From positions 83,702,001 through 83,766,000 of the forward strand of contig CM052817.1 in the NCBI GenBank assembly GCA_028534125.1: DNA of 64,000 nt, in the 5' to 3' direction. Below are positions 29,540-64,000 of the stretch, one piece after another. The first letter of the stretch is position 1. Every line of letters begins with the position of its first letter. The translations under genes and the position numbers were made by a program. The stretch comes from Lama glama. Its lineage: Eukaryota. The notes under the pieces are model-generated. The model was not told the DNA's origin. It ran no database searches and saw only the letters and a program-made list of their open reading frames with translations.

Positions 29540-30960
29540 CTTTAAATTAATTGTGGAAATTTAAAAACACAAAAAAGTACAGATATAACAATGTAAGGAG
29601 CCTCCACATAGCTCCCACTCAACTTCAGCAAATATTTTGCCAATCTTGTTTCATCTATCCTACTGACATCCTTCCCCCACTGGAGTATTTTGAGGCAAAT
29701 CCCAGATATCATATAATTTCTATCATAAATTCTTTAATATCTTTAACAGATAAAGACCTAAAAAAGTATAACTATAACACATCTCAGAATTAACAATTCC
29801 TTAATATCATCTAATGTTGTCTAGTTTCAAATTTCTCCAATTGCCTCAAAAGTATTCTTACATTTGACTTAAAACAAGATCAAAAATAAGATCTCTATAA
29901 TGCATTTGATTTACGTATCTCTGAAGTTTCTTTTCACCTATGACTTCTGATCTCTCAACTTTTATTTTTTCTATGCCAATTTTTTGTTTAACTTTAAGAA
30001 ACTGAACCATTTGTCTATAGAATGTATCACCTTCTGGGCTTAGATGATTACTTACTAGTGGTGGCATTTATCTTTTGTATTTCCTGTAAACTGATAGTTC
30101 ACATCTATAGGCTTGATTAGATTCTGGTTCTTTTTTTTTTTTTTTTTCTGGCAGGAACACTTTGATAGGCCATACTGAGTACTTCCTGCTGCATCAAATC
30201 AGGAGGCACATACCACTTACCCATTTTTAATGATGTTAAGAATGAACAGTGGGTTCAAGTGTTGTTAACCTCATCCATTCTTTAGAAAGTTCCTCATTAA
30301 TCTTCCACTTAGTGTTTTTGCCATTCACTGACGATTCTTGTCCCTATCTTTTATTTCCCTAACGGTTGCTAAATGGGAATTTTTCTAATTCTATTAATCC
30401 TTTTGTATTTAGTAGTTTGGATTATGCTATAGAAAATAACTTTACCTCATCAATATTTGACTACCCTGAAATTTAGATAGGCAGAAGAGATGCTTGAGTC
30501 TTTATTTTCTGGTTTTTAATGGGTTTTTCTTGTGGGGTAGGGGGAGGTAATTAGGTTTGTTTGTTTAATGAGGGTAATGGGGATTGAACCCAGGACCTCA
30601 TGCATGCTAAGCACGCACACTACCATAGCTACTGAGCTATATACCCTTCCTCCTTATTTTCTGTTTTTTAGAATAAAGAGCTAAAACCCTAGCAACCTCC
30701 AAAGGTGGCCAGTGATCTTATTTTTAGTATCATTTTGAACTCACAGATTTTCCACACAGTTGATGTGTTTAAATCAACTGCAGATATTCTTTTCAGTGCT
30801 TTAATTGCCCCATCTTTGGCTACTAGAAGTCCCTTTATTTGACTCCTGTGTCCCTTTGGCAAGACTTTTGAAGTCTTTAATAAACTCCCTTGCTTTCTGG
30901 CACTAGATGTAGGCTCGTTTTGCCCCACACCTGGAATCAGCCACTTCTACAAGGAGCCCA
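29540..30960 (-). mobile_element. Old L1 (L1MC-like) 3' end
   Basis: Reverse-complement similarity to the block at 37.9-39.1 kb (cctggaatcagccacttct...aaggagcccaggtttc). Confidence 0.55.
30519..30653 (-). mobile_element. tRNA-Ala-derived SINE, intergenic, nested in an old L1
   Basis: Same consensus reversed; TSD ttattttctg.ttttta. Confidence 0.88.
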
Positions 30961-32250
30961 GGTTTCTTTTTAGAGTCCAAATTACCTTAAATGCTTTCCT
31001 ATTTCTCTTAAATAAAGTCCAAAATACTTAAGTGCTTATAGTAACATTCTTCCTAACATTGGTATATCACAAATGGGTTACATTTGTAAATGGAAAATTG
31101 ATCCATTTAGTGCTCCCAGATCACTGGTAGGGACTGTGGGTTGACTGAAAAAGCTGGGTATAAGTAGCTTTATCCATTTTCCACAATATTTTCTATGATT
31201 ATGATCATGTGAAAACAGTTGAGAGGTGTAGGGTACAGTGGGTAAGTATCTATGTCAACTCAGGAAACCTGCCTTTGGTGGAACCTGCTTTTCTCCACCC
31301 AGTTATAAAACTATTTACTCTATGTAACTGAGATGATTCTGACAGAGTTCTTCCCTCACACAACTATATTCCCAGAATAGATATGTGATCCACGCCTGGA
31401 TCCATCCCCTGCCCACCTGGTAGACTCCGGGATGGGTATGTACGCTAAACTTGGCTACTTGGAGCCTTTTGGAGCCTTTTCTGATACTTCTGCTTGAGCC
31501 ATTCTTCCCCAGAACTGTGAGCTATAAAGGTATTGCGAGCTTGAGGCTGTCAGCGGCCATCTTGTCACAAAATGAAGAGTGCCTAAAAATAAAGTCAAAC
31601 AGAGGTATGTTGAACTAAAAGAAAAAACCAGTCCTGATGACATTATCTGGATTCCTAGCTCCAACCATGCATAGAGTTAGAATACCTAACTCTTACTTGC
31701 CACCAGAGGAGTCCTAATGCTTGAAGCCTAAAGGTCTTGAACTGTCTCTCCATAGCCTCAACTAACAGAACTTTTTCTCAATCACTATACTCCAGCCACC
31801 CTGGACCTATTTTTAGTTCTGGGAAAGCCCCATCATCTTCCCACCTCCAGGGCTTTGCACACATCATGCCTTCTACCTGAAATGCACTTGTCCCACTCCA
31901 CCAATCTGAACCATTCTCTTCCACCAGGCCTTAGTTAAATCATTACTTTCTTAGAAAAATATTCCCTGACTTTCCCATTCAGCTACATCGCCTTCATTAC
32001 TCCCTACACTTCTCTTTCATCGCCCTTCCCTTGAGCATTATCGTCTGTGTTATCATTTGACTAATGTCTCACTTTCCTGCCAAAATGTAAGTCTAATGAG
32101 GGCAGGGGCTTTGTGTATTGTGTTTACTGTTCCGCTCCCCGCAGTGGCATGGTTATTGGTGCATACTTGGGCCCCTTGAATATATATTTAAAGGATAAAT
32201 ATGAATAAGTAAACTTTTAAGGCTTTAGGAACAAATATATAATAATCTTG

Positions 32251-32256
32251 TTTATT
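32251..32256 (-). terminator. MFSD8 distal poly(A) signal candidate (3' UTR about 2.7 kb)
   Basis: TTTATT on + (AATAAA on -) next to the edge of an L2-like remnant; another candidate at 34226-34231. Confidence 0.45.
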
Positions 32257-33101
32257 AGAAAATATACAATCACAATGTAAGATACATTCAATTACAAATA
32301 AGTCTGGAATAGTTAAAATGGTACCCCAAATAAGTTAATGTATTCTTAATGATGCATCTCAACAGATGCAGATAAGTAGTATATCTCCTCCAAAACAAAA
32401 AATAACATACAGATATACTTCACTCCTCCAATTCACTGCAAGAGAACTGGAGTTTATTTTTCAATGTAGCCAGGCTTAACAAGGTCACATAGAAACACTT
32501 TATGAAGTTATAAATCCCTTCAACTATGAAAATCATTTTTTCTTATCAAGTATAAGTTTAGATTTTTAAAAACATGTCTTTTCTTAATAGTAATTTTTAG
32601 AAGTTTTTTTATACTTAAGGTCTCCTATCATCTTTTTCAACTTATACTCAACTTGTCAACTCAAGATCTCAACCAGGTGATTTTTCTCCTCAAACTTTAC
32701 CTCACTGCTCTCTCCTCCACCCCATGTCACTTCCTTTGTGCCAAGATGTATGTTGGTGTAATCCTCTGGAGAAGAAAGTATTCTCAATAAAAAGGAAGGT
32801 GGCAGTCATTTTTGCAAGGTTACAGTTTATCTAAATTTTATAAAATTTTATAAATCTTCAGAAGTTGGGAAACTTCTCTCTGTCATATTCTTGCATGGAA
32901 ACAGTCTAACTATTAAGCTAAGATAAATGCCCCAGTCAATAAGCTTCAAATTATGTATCTCAAATATTTCTGCTAATAGGAGTCACTGGTATAAGTAACT
33001 TTAAATTTACCCTACAGTTAGCAATTAATTCACTGCTCCTGCAACTTGATGGGCTAATTCATCACTATGAAAAAAAACAGTAGTTAAGAATGTAGACTTT
33101 G

Positions 33102-33231
33102 TGGGAAGGATATAGCTCAAGTGGTAGAGTGCATGCTTAGCACACACAAGGTCCTGGGTGCAATCCCCAGTACCTCCTCTAAAAATAAATAAATAAATAA
33201 ATCTAATTACCTCGCCCAACCCCCCCCCAAA
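33102..33231 (+). mobile_element. tRNA-Ala-derived SINE in the probable MFSD8 3' UTR
   Basis: Perfect 16-bp TSD aagaatgtagactttg (33086-33101 / 33232-33247); next to a MIR core. Confidence 0.92.
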
Positions 33232-34904
33232 AAGAATGTAGACTTTGAAGATAGACTGTTACTGAGACAAGTACCTTAATTTCTCTATGCCTCTGTTCCT
33301 TCATCTGTAAAACATCTTCACTCTATAAGACTGCTATGAGAATTAAACAGTACATTGCACATTACCTGGAATATGGAAAGAGCTCTCTAATATGGTAATC
33401 ATTTTGCAATATATAAGTGTATGAAATCAACATGTTGTACACCATAAATTTATCCAATGTTATATGTCAATTATATCTCCATAGAGCTGGAAAAACAAAT
33501 AAACAAAAAGACACAGAGAATAAATAACCATCTACAAGCCAAGGAGAGAGGCCTCAAACAAAACCAACCTTGCTGACACCTTGATCTCATACTTCTAGCC
33601 TCCAGAACTGTAATAAATTTCTGATATTCAAGCTACCCCCCAACAAAAAAAAGTACAGCAAACTTAGTATAAAGTGCAGATTATAGTGTTTACTCTCAGA
33701 TTTGAAAATATGTATATCTTACAGTAGGAAACATTTAGAAAAGTATTTAGAAATATTTTTACATTTTGGGGTAATATTGATTATCCATATAAATAGTTCT
33801 GTACTAGTCTCTATTAGCAGCATTCAGCTTACGCAGAGGTAGAAATGTATACATAGAAAGTGTGATTTAGCCAACTTCTAGTAAACTCAGTAAACTATTA
33901 GATTAAAGCCATTTTATCTCAAATACTGATTAGACAGGGACTGTCATGGCCTGCAGTTCTGAGTAGCTATGCTGACACAGATTGAAAACTGTTGTGTCTT
34001 CCCAGTACCGAGAGATAGAAAAAGTAAATAAATAACGGTTTTTCTCTAGAATTTAAGGGAATTGAAAAATGCCAATAATTTTAACAGTTTTCTGTTCAAC
34101 ATATGTATACAATAACACATACCTGGCTTATGTTTCTAAAGTGAATTATTTATTAGGACTTGAAAGAAAAAAAGTAAGTTATCCCTACCTAAGGTAGTGA
34201 AATCCGTCCTGATCTCTTAATCCGCTTTATTGCTCAAATATGAACATTACTCACACTCATCCATTAATTTAGGGGTTACTCAATGAGATCCTGAACTAAA
34301 AGAAGACAGTAAGTGTAGTATTAAAACTAACGACTTATAGAAGTCAAGGCAGGATGGCAGGAATGGTAAGTGGAAAATATAAGAGTCATAAATTTGCTTC
34401 ATAAGGAAAACTTGATAATAACAAAATGCATTTTTAAATTAACAAAAAGGAGGTACATTTGAATAAAAGTACCTCTATTTAGGTAAACAATTTCTATAAT
34501 TTCATTCTATTACAGGTAATTCATACAGAACTGTCCTTATGGTTTTACTGCATAGACAGTCTCTCATTATTTTAATGACACCTCTGCAGTTTGAATTAAG
34601 ACTACAACCTCACATTCGTAGACCATTGTCTATTCACTCATGAGTTCATGCCACCCAAAGAAAATGTTATATGAAGACTATTTCTTTTTTGAATAAGAAA
34701 ACTATGATCCAGAATTTTTACATTATCTTGCTATTCACAATTAAGCATAGAATGCCCTGTGTTATTCAACATATTTTCTGGTTATTCAAAATATATAATA
34801 TCTGCAACCTGACTTTAGGAAACTGACTCATAGCAATTGTCTAGCTGAGCCTTAGAAGAGAAAGTTTCACACAGCAAGTACATTCCATCCTAGTCTCAGC
34901 TAGG

Positions 34905-59486
<24,582 letters not shown>

Positions 59487-62400
59487 TCATTACATGCAAA
59501 TCTTTCTGTGGCATAATTTTATTTTCTCTCTCCTGAAGGCATGAAAAGTATGTGATAGAGGTATAATTTACTAATACTGATTTTTATTATCCTTCTTCAT
59601 CTATCTATAAATAAGCACCATTTCTTTTAATTTCCATGGAGTGTATTTATGCACCACCGTACACAGAAACTTGGGAGACATGTGATAACTTGTAAAAGGC
59701 AACACATTTTGTGGACCAATTATTTTGCTACTGTTGGCATGGTACAAATTTATGAATCAAGAGTTCTGAAATTTGCTAAACTGACAAAATGTATAAAGTA
59801 TATCAAAATAACTAAACTAGCTACAACAATTAATCTCCTACAGGTCAGATACATAACTAGTAAGTATTAAAATATAATTATTGTCATCATTATGACATGT
59901 CCTACTTGATGACAGCAAAATGACTTTGCTATAGGAAGATACTTTGGTTGGGTACTTTCAACAAAATTAATATAAAATTGACACCAGGAAGGTTTGATGT
60001 GACCTAAGACATTCTTAGTCCTGGGACCTCCTGGAACACTTGCTCCAACACAGGTTACCAGACAAGTTCTATCAGAGGAACAAAGAGAGACCAAGGTCCC
60101 TTCAGACTGGATTGATCTGTCCTATAGTCTGTGACCTGTACTAACAGGAAGTGTATTAACCAGATAGCCTCCCTCTGAGAGGTGATACATTATTGTGTGT
60201 TCTCATTATATTTTCACATATGCATACAAAGAGAGTTAACAAATTTACCTCAAAATGAGCATGTTTTCAAATAATTAAGCACAATAGAGAAAATGCCTTA
60301 TGTTCCAAGATTAGTTTCTAAAATAGACTTAGACCTGTTAAATTAGTCTTCAAAAAAGAAACTTTTTCTCCCCAAATATGATGTGATTGGGAATGTTAGA
60401 GAGGGAATAAAGAAGAGAAACAGCATTTATTAGATTTACTTTGTGCCAAGTATATTAGTTCCTGATGTAATACATATGAAGTGTTTAACAATGGATATGC
60501 CGTTCCATAAAAATAGACTGTAATGTAACATACCTGAAAAATAGCAGAATTCCAGATGCCCTTATTTGGAAATCAATATATTGGAATTTGGAATACAAAA
60601 TGCAGACAATTACATATCAGCAAAAGGTATACACCTGTTTCAGTCCCACAGCACTGGATCCTGGTATAACTTTAAAGTACTGGGTTTCTATTATATTTTT
60701 AATGAACTCATTATTATTTTCTGGAGGTCAAAAATTAAACCAATAATCACAAATAAGAACTATCATTAAAACCAGCCTGAAATTTTTCAAATAACTAACT
60801 TGCTCAGAACTTATCTACATCAGGAAAGAGAAAAAGCAAATAACTTAATTCTGAAAAAAATGTAACAAAATTATTTGTTTGAGTGACTTAGACCTGATTT
60901 GAATCTCAGTCAGAAAAAATCTTACCTCTTTTAATGATAGCTATTAAATATTGAAGGGATGATAGAAAATCACCATTTATTCTCCATGTAATAATGGATG
61001 AAAGCAAAGATCATTAATGGATCCTAAAACAACTGGTTGAAAGGTCACAGGGCCTCTAAGTATCACTCCACTGTCTATTTACTAATCACAAAACGGAAAG
61101 TGAGCCTTTATAATTGAGAAATATAGCAGTCACCCTCTTAACCAAGTGGTCAGGCTTGGCTTCCCCAAAAGTGGGATGGCCTGGCATCCAATGCCTCCTG
61201 ACAGAATATATTAGGATGTTCTCAACATAAGCCATGGCAAGGATGTTCTTGCCAGAAATATTTGACCAGGATCTATTCTGAAACAGTCCACAAATCCAGA
61301 ATGTGAGATCTTGTGAAGAAAACAGAAAATTGGCCTAGACTTGCCAAAGGATTCAATGTTGGGAAAAACAGAAAGAAAAGGTCAGGGGATAGTTTAAGGT
61401 TGCAGAAATCTAAAAAGACATAAGGATTAATGTATGAACATTAATTGGATCCTGGGTTTGTTTTTTTTTTTAGTAGCTATAAAGTACATTTTTTGGAACA
61501 ACTGGAAAAATTTGAGCACAGACTGTATAGTGCATGACATTTTGAATAGTACTGTATTTTTAGCTGTGGTAACAGTGATACAGTTTGTAAAAGAATGTCT
61601 ATGTTTGAGGGAGATGCAGGCTACAGACTAAAATACATAGGATAAAGTGCCATAATGTCTGCAACCTACTTTGGGGTAGTTTGGCAAAAGAGGTGTGTGT
61701 GTGTAGAAAGATTTGAGCAGTGTGAAACGGCTAACAATGACAGGGTAATCACGTGTTCACTGCACTATTTTTCAACTCTTCTATGGATTAAAATGTTTCA
61801 AAATAAAAATTTTTACTTTTCCTTCTTTTTAATTCAAAAAGTTTAACTCTTATAAAGAAATGTATCTTTCTTCCTTGTTGGAGACAGTAGGAACATAAAG
61901 AATGTAACTGTACTTCAATGAAGTTATCATTTTCATTACATTTTCTTAACCTTGTTGATTCAACCAACTGTGTCACATGGCTGACAGTAAGTTTCCAAAG
62001 GCTTCTTTCTTGTATCACCAGAGCACAGGAAGGAATGCTGTATTCCAGGGTGATTTGTTTAACTTTTTGATTCTTACTATCATTGCTGTATCTGGTATTA
62101 GTTCTCCATTTGAGATTCTCCAAGTAAAACTGCAGTGCTAAAGGATTTTGCCCTGTCCAACATTTTCACTACAAACTATATCTCAAATGATAGCATGCTT
62201 ACCAAACTTGTGACTAAAAAAAAACTAAGAGGAATACATGATAAACTAGAGTAAATTGATAACCAAAATAAGTTAGATAATAATTAATAGGAATAAGTAA
62301 AAAGTGCCATAATTAGTTTCAATAGATCAAGATCTAATACAAGGATTCTCGGGTAAACAACAGTACTTTATTTGTAAACAAAGACTCTGGATTTACTGAG

Positions 62401-62685
62401 GGGAAAAATAAAATTATACTTTTATAAGAGAGAGCATATGTAAACTAATGAAGAGGAGAAAAGAACCCATATTGAAAGAGGAAAGAAAAAGAGTGTGTGG
62501 TCACTGATAGAATAGCATATAATTGTGTAAAAGTTATAGAAATTAGAAAACAGAAATAAACTGAGACCATTCTACCAAGATATCTTCTATGTGACCATAA
62601 GTTCTAGTAATAATTATTTTAAGGAGACTAGGCTAAGGTTGCAAAGAAAAATTTTAAGAACTGTAATATTTTAGGATATTCTAAG

Positions 62686-63049
62686 AGAGGGATCAGCAGA
62701 CTATAGTCTGTAGGCCAAACCCAGCCTACCAACTGTATGGCCCATGAGCTAAGAATGGTTTTTGCAGATGAATATTTGTGATCAATTTGATGATAAGAAA
62801 ACATTAACTCTGAATTCCAAAACAAACATAATGCCACTCCCCTCAAAGAATTCTACTTCTCTCATTATTAGACTTGTATTAAAAAAAAAAGTACTCATTA
62901 ATTAGTACATTTTAAATTACTGCAAAATTTTGTGAAAATTTTTCTTTCTTGGTATCTATGTACTTACTTAATAACTTTAATTTTGCCTCTTGGCCTGCAA
63001 AGCCAAAAATATTTACCATCTGGACAAAAAAAAAGTCTGTGGACCCCTG
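62686..63049. mobile_element. hAT-Charlie element, MER58-like
   Basis: Imperfect TIRs aggggatcagcagact / agtctgtggacccct; gagctaagaatggttttt. Confidence 0.65.
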
Positions 63050-64000
63050 TTCTCTTAAACTCTATGGACAGGGTCAGTGGGGATCACTGAGGACTCACCA
63101 GTAAATTAGAGCCAATCTTCTTGGTGAGGAAAGGTCAGTAGGTGAACCAGACTCATGTTTCCACAATTTATTCAAAGTGAACAGGGCTTGGCAACTAGTT
63201 TTACATATGCTCCCTTTATTAGGGAAACTAATTATGTTTTTAAAAGCAGTATACTTATTGAATTATTCTCAAAATACTCCCTTTTTATTTTAAAAGTGCT
63301 AAATTTAGAAAACAAATCAAGTATTGTTTATGGACAGATCATGTGAACTTAGAGGGACCCTAATGAGTATCAATTACTTGGACATAATTGCAACTGAGAG
63401 TAAGAAAAAAATTTCCTTTTTTAAGTAGGTTTATTTGGACAAAGCGACAGAATGTACCATAAGAACACATCTAACCGTAACTCAAGGATCCTGAAATCCA
63501 CCTGGGAAAAGAACAAAAACTACAAAGAAGCCAAAAGGACACTGAGGAAACCAGAGTCCCAAAGTCCATGTACTCTAGTTTATGCACTTGATTAATACTA
63601 GAGATCTTTAGCTTTCAGTTAGACCTTCCATGTTCTAACTACCCACAATTCTATTAAGTTTAGATATATGATTTCCAAATCCACAGTAAAATCTAAGTCC
63701 CCAAATAAAGTTGGGAGAAGAGAGGTTTGCAGACAGCCATAAAAATAGAGGTTCCCAACAGACAACAAAAACGTGATGAGGAGTAGTCTGTAGGCAGAAA
63801 AACTAAAAAGCAGACATGGAAAGTAGAGCAGTGTAGAACATATTAGTATAGAAGCAAATAGTCACAAATGCCTTAGGCTGGAGGATGTCACTCTAATACA
63901 ACATATTTCAGCACTAACACTCATTTTAATGATCTCAACATAAAATATAGATTAAATTGCATTCCATATATTCTGTTTGGTAAATTATGGACCAAAGAAA

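Noticed and set aside
32837..32854. 18-bp perfect palindrome tttataaaattttataaa
   Set aside because: AT-only, arises from a short tandem repeat, plausible by chance.

Overview
Mammalian genomic DNA, most likely camelid (alpaca/llama/camel), inferred from eight copies of a tRNA-Ala-derived SINE resembling the camelid vic-1 family. The window holds two convergent spliced genes. (1) PLK4 on the + strand is complete: CpG-island promoter at about 9.8-10.6 kb, 16 coding exons from 10234 to 26472, all GT-AG and in phase, giving 2901 nt / 966 aa. (2) MFSD8/CLN7 on the - strand is partial: 11 coding exons from 59448 down to the stop at 34905 (1495 nt), with the first coding exon beyond the right edge. 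An RPLP1 processed pseudogene with target-site duplications lies in the sense orientation in PLK4 intron 10. The rest is mostly L1, LTR, DNA-transposon, L2 and MIR debris; repeat subfamily names are from memory and boundaries are approximate. I found no convincing new biological system. The best leads are regulatory: an apparently destroyed internal exon-5 donor in PLK4, a retrocopy-supplied intronic poly(A) signal, an overlapping uORF whose stop codon is created by splicing, a recursive-splice-like exon 8, a changed C-terminal sorting motif in MFSD8, and inverted SINE pairs around MFSD8 exons.
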